From positions 2,820,001 to 2,852,000 of the forward strand of contig NZ_LT934425.1 in assembly GCF_900232105.1 (NCBI RefSeq): a stretch of 32,000 nt of DNA, in the 5' to 3' direction. The notes beneath the pieces were generated by a model that saw nothing but the letters and a program-made list of their open reading frames with translations, did no database searches and was not told the DNA's origin. Every line of letters begins with the position of its first letter. The first letter of the stretch is position 1. This stretch comes from Candidatus Kuenenia stuttgartensis (GTDB lineage: Bacteria; Planctomycetota; Brocadiia; Brocadiales; Brocadiaceae). The position numbers and the translations under genes were made by a program. Positions 7,769 through 15,747 of the stretch are shown piece after piece.

Positions 7769-8992
7769 TCAGTTTAAATACTTAATCTCCCCATTGCTTT
7801 TCCCATGGACCCCTTTGCGAATAACCAGATTTTTTCCATGGTTGATCCCGGAGGCATAGGCTTCATGGCAGCTTGTTGAATATCGGTGAGAAGTACGCGA
7901 GCGCCTTGGGTTTCTTCTGAAGAAAAACTCTTTAAGCCTGGGATCTCCCTTCCAAACAAGTTTATTTGAATGGCTGGTAACGGCCCGGTTTTCCAGTTTA
8001 GTGTAAAAACCTTCCAGGAGGCCGTAGATGAAGGTTCTCCTGTGTTTGTTACCGTCGATTTTTTTTTGTTCTTTATAGTCTGTCCACAATAATTCGGAGA
8101 TGTTTTGAAGGTAATTATACACATACTCAGCCATCTCCACATTTTCCGGCAGTCCATAAATTTCCAGCGCCCTGCCATTTTTATTTTCATGCTGTTCGTA
8201 CCCGAATTTCCAAATGGCTTCTACGAAAAAAAATTTACAGAGTATGGAACAGATTAATGATTTGATAGCATCCCTATTCCCTATATTCCCGATTTGTTTG
8301 TAAACGTAATGCCGCCCGGCATGCGCATCCAATAATGACAGGTTGTGTTTTAACAGTAGTTCGTGTGCCTTTGCCATTGCCAATTGCGCCTCATGTTCAT
8401 TTTTGCTCTGGGCTAATGCCAAAAGCTTGTGTACCTTGTCAAGTATGGTGTGGTTGCCTGATTGTGCAGAAAAGCTGTTCCTCTTTCTTTCCATCCACGT
8501 ATGAATATCTCCGGTGGCAGAGGAATCAATACCATTTTCCCGGCAAATACTCTTAAATATTTCACCATGGGGTAAATCATCCCGTATTCCCAGAATTTCA
8601 TCCACATACTGATGTGCCATTTCGTGATAAAGCACCTCCTGGACATATTCCCACGGATAGGACTGGATCAGGAAAATGCTGATAGAGAGTCGCCGCCAAT
8701 GCCCTCCCTTCCAATTCCCCAGCATTCGGTCCGCACCCGAAAGTTCAAAGTGAGGGGGACGCATGGAATTTTTGAAATAATGGTAATTCGCGGTTTTCCA
8801 GTCCTCTTTCAACTGCATTATCCATGCCGTTTTTAAGGTGTTGTCAATCGTTTCTCTATTTTTATCCATTTTCATTTGCGAAGCGTATTCATTTATCATT
8901 AGTACGAAAAGAGGAAAAAAGCATAACAGATATATTTGTATAAATAAAAAGAATTTTTGCTGAAATGGGACAACATCACGCGCACGGTACAC
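7769..8992 (-). CDS. SprT-like zinc metalloprotease domain fused to a DUF2786-like region
   Basis: HExxH in LYHEMAHQYVDE within a SprT-like context. ILDKVHKLLALAQSKNEHEAQLAMAKAHELLLKHNLS matches my recollection of the DUF2786 signature (K-x-x-K-L-L-A-L-A-x-S-x-N-E-x-E-A..A..KA..L). The start is uncertain: ATGs at 8992, 8899 and 8875. Residues 13-33 are hydrophobic and could be a membrane anchor or read-through. Confidence 0.65.
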   Translation of the reverse strand: MYRARDVVPFQQKFFLFIQIYLLCFFPLFVLMINEYASQMKMDKNRETIDNTLKTAWIMQLKEDWKTANYHYFKNSMRPPHFELSGADRMLGNWKGGHWRRLSISIFLIQSYPWEYVQEVLYHEMAHQYVDEILGIRDDLPHGEIFKSICRENGIDSSATGDIHTWMERKRNSFSAQSGNHTILDKVHKLLALAQSKNEHEAQLAMAKAHELLLKHNLSLLDAHAGRHYVYKQIGNIGNRDAIKSLICSILCKFFFVEAIWKFGYEQHENKNGRALEIYGLPENVEMAEYVYNYLQNISELLWTDYKEQKKIDGNKHRRTFIYGLLEGFYTKLENRAVTSHSNKLVWKGDPRLKEFFFRRNPRRSRTSHRYSTSCHEAYASGINHGKNLVIRKGVHGKSNGEIKYLN

Positions 8993-9265
8993 TTTCAGTT
9001 AAGCAATGAGCCGTACGGAGAGGATGGCACTTGATACGTGTTCTAAGCCCACTAAATTCCCATGTAGTGCGACGAGGTTAGTTGCAATACAAATGACAAT
9101 TTCGTTGTATATCCATACAAATGACCTTTCTTTATAATATTGAAATTAAAACATTTTGCCCATTCAACCATCAAAGAGGAAAACGCGCAAGCAGAATTTT
9201 TGTAGCAGAAAGGCTTTCTCGTTTTAGCAATTTTTTTTATCAGTAGAGAATGGTTTAAATTTTCC

Positions 9266-9523
9266 TTACTTCTTTATTACCCATACCGGTAATTCTAAAA
9301 GCGCTATACCAAAAACATGGACGGCCAAGAAATAGATAAGCGCTGTTATCAATACTACGCCGAATAGGTTAAGTACAAGGCCGGTTTTATCCAGCATTGG
9401 TATTGTGACCTGGTCACTGCTGAAAATAATGGCTTTGGGCTATGTTGCAACCGGAAGCATGAACGCACAAGATGCAGAAAGTGTTGCGGGGAGCATTAAA
9501 GCAAAGGGATGTATATTAAGCGT
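9266..9523 (-). pseudogene. Remnant of the C-terminus of a DASS/SLC13-type anion:sodium symporter, with an in-frame TAG
   Basis: My translation gives TLNIHPFALMLPATLSASCAFMLPVAT*PKAIIFSSDQVTIPMLDKTGLVLNLFGVVLITALIYFLAVHVFGIALLELPVWVIKK*. This matches the conserved ..SxAFMLPVATPPNAIVF..LN..G motif. The TAG at 9440-9442 replaces the first Pro. No upstream part of the gene is present. Confidence 0.6.
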
Positions 9524-9537
9524 TCATGGAAAATAGA

Positions 9538-9580
9538 GGGACACTTCCCATATTAATTTTTGAAATATGGGGAGTGTCCC
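9538..9580 (-). terminator. 17-bp-stem hairpin downstream of the kinase operon
   Basis: gggacacttcccatatt (9538-9554), loop aatttttga, then aatatggggagtgtccc (9564-9580), with one mismatch. T-rich on both flanks. About 110 nt past the kinase-1 stop. Confidence 0.5.
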
Positions 9581-9689
9581 TTTATTGATCAAACTGATTA
9601 ATTGTTTTCCTGCCGAAAAGACAGGATAAACAACATTGACGAAATACCTGAACCCGCTTTAAGCACTTTTTACCAATACGGAAAAACAA

Positions 9690-10499
9690 CTACGCTATCG
9701 CTTCCAATTCATTTTTTAATAATTCTGCAGAATGTATACGATTTAACGGGTTTTCCTCCAATAATCCTAAAATAACCTTGTGTAGTTTCTCGGGTATTGA
9801 TGAATTTAACTCCCATGGGGGGACCGGATTCTCTTGCCACAACTTATTTGTCAGGGCTTCATAAAGAATCAACCCAACAGAATACAAATCGGATGTGGCC
9901 GCAATCTTAATCTTTTTCAACACATCCTTTTCCCGCTCATTTTTTCTCAAGAGTTGTATCATTTCTTTCTGTTCCGGGGATGCATATTCCCTGCTCATAC
10001 CAAGAAGCGTCTCTCCTGTTTTAATAGTGCATTCAAGGTCAATAAGCGCCATTACACCCGTAGTTGGATTTAGTATAAGATGACCGGGTTTGATATCGGA
10101 GTGAAGGTATCCTTTGGTATGCATGTGCATCAAAGGCAAGGTCACGCTTGCAAAATGCTGAATTACCCCTTCGATTTCTTTCCGGTCGGTCATATCCCTT
10201 TTTTTATAATATTCAAGTACGCCCTTTCCTTCAAAGTGGGTCATAATGAGATAATATTGTGCCAAAACAAACTTGTCATCATTATACATGTTATCCCTTC
10301 CCACTTTATATCGAACCGGAATTTGCGGATGTGAAAAGAGGGCAAGGATTTTGTATTCTCTCGCGTAATCATTGGAAGGGTGATATTTTATGCCCCACTG
10401 ATTTTCTTTGAACTCAGGATTACAAAGGATTGCGTAATTAGCCCTGTGTCCGGGCGTAATCTTAAACTCTTTAAACGTATATTTGTTAATAGAATACAT
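9690..10499 (-). CDS. Minimal Hanks-type protein kinase-like protein, atypical motifs (paralog 1)
   Basis: Beta3 Lys (WGIKY), alphaC Glu (AREYKIL), catalytic loop YLHSDIKPGHLIL, DFG-equivalent LIDLECT, APE-equivalent ASPEQ, DLYSVGLILYEALT and NRIHSAELL. There is no GxGxxG loop. Start moved from 10607 to ATG 10499: the first 36 codons read through repeat C3, and the paralog aligns from MYSINKY/MYIINNY. Confidence 0.75.
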   Translation of the reverse strand: MYSINKYTFKEFKITPGHRANYAILCNPEFKENQWGIKYHPSNDYAREYKILALFSHPQIPVRYKVGRDNMYNDDKFVLAQYYLIMTHFEGKGVLEYYKKRDMTDRKEIEGVIQHFASVTLPLMHMHTKGYLHSDIKPGHLILNPTTGVMALIDLECTIKTGETLLGMSREYASPEQKEMIQLLRKNEREKDVLKKIKIAATSDLYSVGLILYEALTNKLWQENPVPPWELNSSIPEKLHKVILGLLEENPLNRIHSAELLKNELEAIA

Positions 10500-10526
10500 T
10501 TTATATACTCCCGACAAAAAAAATAG

Positions 10527-10648
10527 TGAAATTCTAAATACGAAACAAATCCCAAAAAATAAAATTCGAACTGTCCAAAACTGTAAGAGCCGATTTGTTT
10601 TTAACATTTGAATTTTGAGTTTCGGTATTGTTTCGAATTTCTATATTC
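10527..10648. repeat. Heptamer-based repeat, family C copy 3 (interrupted by MITE A2)
   Basis: Contains ttctaaa|tacgaaa|caaatcc... and the inverted gtttcggtattgtttcgaattt. The element resumes after the MITE at 10924 (ctatattcgaatttagagg). Confidence 0.55.
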
Positions 10649-10923
10649 GTAACACTTTAGTTTTTTGAAAAATTCCCGGGATAGAAAAAATACCATGTAG
10701 CCCCGTCAGGGGCGGTCTGTTTGTAGCGCAATAAAATTCAATAAGGTAAATAGCTCCGTAGGAGCGGCCTGTCCGTATTCAGGTAGACCTGTTTATATGG
10801 ATTTACAAGAGACAGGTCGCTCCTAACAGAGCTAATCTCTGTTATAATATCCTATTTTGCTACAAACAGGCTGCTCCTACGGAGCTTATAGGTAGTACAT
10901 TTTTCAAAAAACTAAAGTGTTAC
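10649..10923. mobile_element. Non-autonomous MITE, family A copy 2: 25-bp perfect TIRs and 8-bp TSD
   Basis: The left TIR gtaacactttagttttttgaaaaat (10649-10673) is the exact reverse complement of 10899-10923. It is flanked by direct CTATATTC at 10641-10648 and 10924-10931. The interior has four copies of a ~20-nt hairpin module (agccccgtcaggggcggtctgt, agctccgtaggagcggcctgt, and two inverted copies). No ORF. Confidence 0.8.
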
Positions 10924-10987
10924 CTATATTCGAATTTAGAGGCTTCGACATATCGACAAAATTTTGTCAATATTAGACGCTAAGCGC

Positions 10988-11926
10988 CTAAACCCCTTTT
11001 AAAACCCTCTGGGCTAACTCATTCGGCAATTTTGCTTCGGTTATTCTTCTTGATGCAGCTTCAGCATTATACCTCACACGCCTGAAGCTTATCTGGTTTA
11101 AAGTGGAATCAAAAACAACATAACACCCGTCGGGATTTCCATCCCTAGGCTGACCCAGTGAACCAACGTTAACATAATATTTCCAGTCATTGTTTTGATC
11201 CACCGTAAAAGATTCTGTCTTGTCGGAGCATTCTTTTTCAATCACCATTAATCTCATATCATAATTGTCGGTAGGGATGAGAACGGAGGCATTTACCAAT
11301 CTCTTCTCTTTCGTGTAAATGTACGCCGCTGGCCGGTGTGTATGCCCGCCAAATGTTATCTTTGACCATAAGGTGGTGTACTTTAAAACGCTTGCATTTT
11401 TGGCATATTCATAACCAATCGGGTACGAAGGGGTACTGTGTACTATTTCAAACCCCTCATGCTTAAATTTTTTTCTCAGCGATAAACGTTTTAAAAAGGT
11501 ATAATTCTCCTTCGTCAATACCCCTTTTGTCCAATCCGCTGCGGCTTGTGCTACGGGATTCATTTCAGAGGTAAGGGATGGTTCCCCGACTACCTGTTTA
11601 TCGTGGTTTCCTCCAATGACAACGCATTTCTTTTCCATTAATTGAATGGCGTCCATAAAATCCCTGTCGGGAGAAGTTTCCGGATTGATTTGTTCAATGA
11701 TTTTATATATTCTTTCAATCGGTACTTTTCTCTTTCCATACTTCATGTAGCGTACAATGTCGCAGCATTCATTTGGAGAGGCGCCATACCCTACTATATC
11801 GCCTGCGATAAGCAGCCTGTCAATGGTACCTTCCTTTTTCGCAATCTCTTTAATAAATGCAATCAGAGAATCAACATTTCCATGAATATCTGATATTATA
11901 ATGTTTTTCAAGAGCTTGCTTTCCAT
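10988..11926 (-). CDS. Calcineurin-like metallophosphoesterase (ApaH/PrpE-type Ser/Thr phosphatase-like)
   Basis: Full MPP motif set: ISDIHGN, GDIVGYG, GGNHD, GGHTH and VNVGSLGQPRDGNP. Start moved from 12004 to ATG 11926 (MESKLLKNIIISDIHGN), 20 nt after the kinase-2 stop. Confidence 0.85.
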   Translation of the reverse strand: MESKLLKNIIISDIHGNVDSLIAFIKEIAKKEGTIDRLLIAGDIVGYGASPNECCDIVRYMKYGKRKVPIERIYKIIEQINPETSPDRDFMDAIQLMEKKCVVIGGNHDKQVVGEPSLTSEMNPVAQAAADWTKGVLTKENYTFLKRLSLRKKFKHEGFEIVHSTPSYPIGYEYAKNASVLKYTTLWSKITFGGHTHRPAAYIYTKEKRLVNASVLIPTDNYDMRLMVIEKECSDKTESFTVDQNNDWKYYVNVGSLGQPRDGNPDGCYVVFDSTLNQISFRRVRYNAEAASRRITEAKLPNELAQRVLKGV

Positions 11927-11945
11927 AATAAGTAAAAGGCATTTA

Positions 11946-12752
11946 TTAGATACTGCGCAACATCTTTTCCAGTTTCTCTGCGGAAGAAATTCTGTTCGAA
12001 ACATCTTCTTCCAAAAGCCCCATGATAATTTCTTCCAGTTTTTGAGAGATATTTTTATTAATTTTGTGCGGCAAATCCATCCCTTTTTGCCATTTTTTTT
12101 TCGTTAACGTTTCATAGAATAAGAGACCTATGGAATACAAATCTGTTCTGCCATCCAACTGCATAGAAGAGGGAAGGCCGTCTTCGCCATGATCTCCTTT
12201 TTGGCTCCTCAAATAATCAAGAATGCGAAACTGTTCAGGCGAGGCATACTCCCTGCTGATTCCCCGCAGAACTTCTCCATGTTTAATAGCCAGTTCAAAG
12301 TCAATGATATGCCCCAAACCTGTTTCCCTGTTACAAATCAAATGCCCTGGTTTTATATCACAATGAATGTACTTCATAGCATGCAGATATATTAAGGGGT
12401 CGCAAACCGTAAGAAACATCTTTACCACTTCATTTATGACCTTTACCTTTTCCACATCCTTTTCCCTGAAATATTCCAGAATATCTTCACCGTCAATATG
12501 TTGCAATACGATAAAGTTCTGTTTTATCAAAAACCTCTCATCCTTGTATAAATCACCATGTCCAACATCATACACTTTAGGAATTTGTTTATGATTAAGC
12601 TTTTTGAGGACATTGTATTCTCCGGAAAAATCAGCATAAGGGGCGTATTTTATCCCCTTACCGGCAGCATTAATCAAAACAGCATAGTTAGACTTATGTA
12701 AATTTGATTCACACTTAAACGTTTGAAAACGATAATTATTAATTATATACAT
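11946..12752 (-). CDS. Minimal Hanks-type protein kinase-like protein, atypical motifs (paralog 2)
   Basis: GKGIKY, GEYNVLKKL, YIHCDIKPGHLIC, IIDFELA, ASPEQ, DLYSIGLLFYETLT and NRISSAEKL. Start moved from 12815 to ATG 12752, because codons 1-21 read through heptamer repeat F2. Confidence 0.75.
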   Translation of the reverse strand: MYIINNYRFQTFKCESNLHKSNYAVLINAAGKGIKYAPYADFSGEYNVLKKLNHKQIPKVYDVGHGDLYKDERFLIKQNFIVLQHIDGEDILEYFREKDVEKVKVINEVVKMFLTVCDPLIYLHAMKYIHCDIKPGHLICNRETGLGHIIDFELAIKHGEVLRGISREYASPEQFRILDYLRSQKGDHGEDGLPSSMQLDGRTDLYSIGLLFYETLTKKKWQKGMDLPHKINKNISQKLEEIIMGLLEEDVSNRISSAEKLEKMLRSI

Positions 12753-12785
12753 ACGTGTTATTGTTATCCAAGAAAACATATACCC

Positions 12786-12848
12786 TGCCGGCAGTCGGCA
12801 GTCTACTGTCAGCAAATTGCAGATTGCAGATTGAAGATTGAGGACTGT
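12786..12848. repeat. Heptamer-periodic repeat, family F copy 2
   Basis: Parses as gccggca|gtcggca|gtctact|gtcagca|aattgca|gattgca|gattgaa|gattgag|gactgtt. Confidence 0.65.
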
Positions 12849-13711
12849 TTTCGTGCCTGTTTGGCTCTGGCTATGCCAGCCGGGAGCGGACTTTATACAT
12901 ATATCAATTGGTTGGTGGCAATAATCCTGTACAATGTTGTTTTTCGACCATTAGTTCGCATAAAAAATGCCAAATATTCAATTTATGACTTCAAAGCGTT
13001 GATTTTCATATTTTCATAAAGAAAAGAGGTGAAAAATTAAAACACTTCATCTGCCTGTAAGGTATTCATATGTTTTGCATTATACGCAAAATTTAAAACA
13101 ACTATTTTTCTAAACAAAAAATGAATCTATATTAAATTTTTTACACGAACAAATGAAAAAATGATACCTACCCATGAATGCTGTGGCTGAAATAAACCGT
13201 CGTTGCATTTCGAATTTAAATCGTAATTTATTCATAATTGCCAAATTATTAAATACTTATGCAATATATTTACAAATACTAATATATTAATTATTTATAA
13301 ACTATTTTGCCTATAAACCATGGAGGAAGTATTATTTATACTGCAGCATGGTTTTATCTATTTTGTTTTAGGATAGTTACGGATTTTAACATTATAGGAA
13401 ACTGCCTTTAAAAAAATATACCGCAAACGGATGGAATAATAATTGCTCCAATAAGCCAATTAAAGTTGAATTGCTTTTATCCTTAAGTATATTTTATAGA
13501 TAGAGAAGAGAATTCTATCGCCAATTATCCATTCAACACATTAAAATTATGCGGAATTCTCAGGTTGCATTTGTTATATTTCTCCGTTTTTTGGAAGTTT
13601 TATTTTAGAAAGGGAGGTACTATTGAAAATATAATATGCCAGCATAACATTTTACATTGTAGACACATTTGTAATTTTAGTAGGGTGATAAAAAGGAGAG
13701 AGACTTAACTT

Positions 13712-15271
13712 ATGAAAATGTATAACAAATTTATGATCGGTGTTTGGCTTTTACTAATAATGGGTCTGTTTGCGTTTGGCACGGGGGTTGCTGAAGCGGC
13801 AGGAGACCCAAACGGTTCCGATACGTATTCTGAGAGTATTGAAGGATTAAAGATTTCAATCAACGTCGTATGGACGTTAATAGCCGCATTCCTGGTATTT
13901 AGCATGCAGGCGGGTTTTGCCTTTTTAGGGGGCTTTTTACGACAAAAGAACATGCTCAACTACCTAGCACATTGTTTCATTGATTCCACGTTGGGTGCAT
14001 GCGTTTTTTATTTTTTCGGTTTTGCTGTGATGTTTGGCGGGTCTCAGGCGTATTCAGGCCTTGATAGGGGCTGGCCTGGTATTGGCTGGGACGGCTTTAT
14101 GCTTTTAGGGGATGCATATGACGTAAAAACGGTCATGTTCTGGCTCTTCCAAATGGTATTTGCAACAAAAACAGTAACAATTATTGCAGGCGCTGTTGCA
14201 GAAAGAATGAAATTTGTGCCTTATATTATCTACAGTTGTTTAATGTGCGGCATTATCTATCCGCTTTATGGTCATTGGGTATGGGGAGGCGGATGGCTGA
14301 GTACCCTTCCAATTGGTGCCGGGGTAGTAGATTTTGCGGGTTGCGCCGTAGTTCATACAGTAGGGGGTATTATGGCCCTCATGGGCGCATGGGCTGTTGG
14401 TCCCAGAAAAGGCAAATATAATCCCGATGGCTCGCCAAACGCCATTCCCGGGCACAATATGACCTATGTTGTCATTGGCTGTTTTATTCTTGCCTTCGGC
14501 TGGTTTGGTTTTAATGCCGGAAGCACCGTGGCAGGCACTGATTTACGTATAGCAATAATTGCGACAAATACCTTTCTTGCCGCTGCTGCGGGCGCATCAA
14601 TTATGTTGTTCTTTACATGGAAGAGACAGGGCTTTGTTGACGTATCGTTTGTTTGTAACGGAGCTTTGGCTGGGTTGGTTGCGATTACCGCGCCTTGCGC
14701 TTATGTAGCGCCATGGGCAGCAGTTGTTATCGGAGTCCTTGCAGGCCTTATTATGAGAGGCGCCGTAGCGCTGGTAGAAGTCGTTTTCAAGATTGACGAT
14801 CCCCTTGGGGCGGTGGCAGTGCATGGCGCAAACGGCATGTGGGGCATGCTTGCCGTAGGTTTATTTGCCGATGGAACCTATGGTATAAATGGTTTAATCC
14901 TTGGCACCGGCGAGCAATTGCTTGCCCAATTTATCGGAACTGTTGTCGCTTTTGCATATGCATTTGCTTTTGGCGGAGCGGTCTTCTTCGGATTGAAAGG
15001 AACAATTGGTTTAAGGGTTTCCGACCTTGAAGAAGAAGAAGGTCTTGATATTGCATATCACGGTACTTCATGCTATCCTGTGGAAGGAGGGTTCTTTGGC
15101 GCTGTGGGGGAACACCTCATCGATGTTCAGGCAGAAAAAGAACAAATCTCTTTGCTTGAAGAAGCAATCAGCAAGGACCGTTCACGCGAGAGGATTTATT
15201 CTGAGAAACTTGGCAGATGGGTATACGGAAAGGCAAAACAAGAAAAACAATCGTCGAATTCTAAGAAATAA
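13712..15271 (+). CDS. amt: Ammonium transporter (AMT1-like clade) with a 63-aa C-terminal extension
   Basis: Signal-peptide-like N-terminus, FLVFSMQAGFAFLGGG, DFAGCAVVHTVGG and AVAVHGANGMWG (the twin His), and FGWFGFNAGS. An RBS aaaggagag lies upstream. Confidence 0.93.
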   Translation: MKMYNKFMIGVWLLLIMGLFAFGTGVAEAAGDPNGSDTYSESIEGLKISINVVWTLIAAFLVFSMQAGFAFLGGFLRQKNMLNYLAHCFIDSTLGACVFYFFGFAVMFGGSQAYSGLDRGWPGIGWDGFMLLGDAYDVKTVMFWLFQMVFATKTVTIIAGAVAERMKFVPYIIYSCLMCGIIYPLYGHWVWGGGWLSTLPIGAGVVDFAGCAVVHTVGGIMALMGAWAVGPRKGKYNPDGSPNAIPGHNMTYVVIGCFILAFGWFGFNAGSTVAGTDLRIAIIATNTFLAAAAGASIMLFFTWKRQGFVDVSFVCNGALAGLVAITAPCAYVAPWAAVVIGVLAGLIMRGAVALVEVVFKIDDPLGAVAVHGANGMWGMLAVGLFADGTYGINGLILGTGEQLLAQFIGTVVAFAYAFAFGGAVFFGLKGTIGLRVSDLEEEEGLDIAYHGTSCYPVEGGFFGAVGEHLIDVQAEKEQISLLEEAISKDRSRERIYSEKLGRWVYGKAKQEKQSSNSKK

Positions 15272-15311
15272 GACCTGTTTGTGGTCAAATAAACATATAT
15301 AGTATTAATAA

Positions 15312-15668
<357 letters not shown>

Positions 15669-15699
15669 GGTGGATTCTATACCGCGCTAAATCCAAAGT

Positions 15700-15742
15700 T
15701 GGCGCTACCATGAATAGTTTTGATAGCGCCAGCTATTTTTTT
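15700..15742 (+). terminator. Weak candidate terminator after glnK1
   Basis: tggcgcta (15700-15707) pairs with tagcgcca (15724-15731). The loop is 16 nt and is followed by ctattttttt. Confidence 0.35.
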
Positions 15743-15747
15743 GTAGT

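Noticed and set aside
7774-8190. 138-aa same-strand ORF nested in the SprT-like gene, plus other small nested ORFs (8335-8836)
   Set aside because: These are alternative frames of a gene with clear motifs in the main frame. They have no motifs or start signals of their own.
10500-10607. 36-codon N-terminal extension of kinase-1, with similar extensions of the MPP gene (11927-12004) and kinase-2 (12753-12815)
   Set aside because: The extensions run through repeats C3 and F2, or overlap the upstream gene. The paralog alignment and the conserved domain starts favour the internal ATGs.
10690-10890. Four repeated ~20-nt hairpin modules, briefly considered as a CRISPR-like array
   Set aside because: The modules occur in both orientations, with irregular short spacing and no unique spacers of constant length. 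They are the interior of a MITE bounded by TIRs and a TSD.
13329-13341. GTA-N7-TAC, considered as an NtcA-like site
   Set aside because: The spacing is wrong (N8 is required), and NtcA is a cyanobacterial regulator. In DNA this AT-rich, such matches are expected by chance.
13317-13350. ccatggaggaagtattatttatactgcagcatgg, considered as a glutamine (glnA-type) riboswitch upstream of amt
   Set aside because: Only a GGAAGTA fragment resembles the motif as I recall it. The conserved junction and pseudoknot sequences are not evident. An Rfam scan would be needed.
13552-13570. cGGaattctcaggtTGCat, considered as a sigma54 -24/-12 promoter for amt1
   Set aside because: The GG-to-GC spacing is 12 nt rather than the required 10, and the flanking consensus bases are missing.
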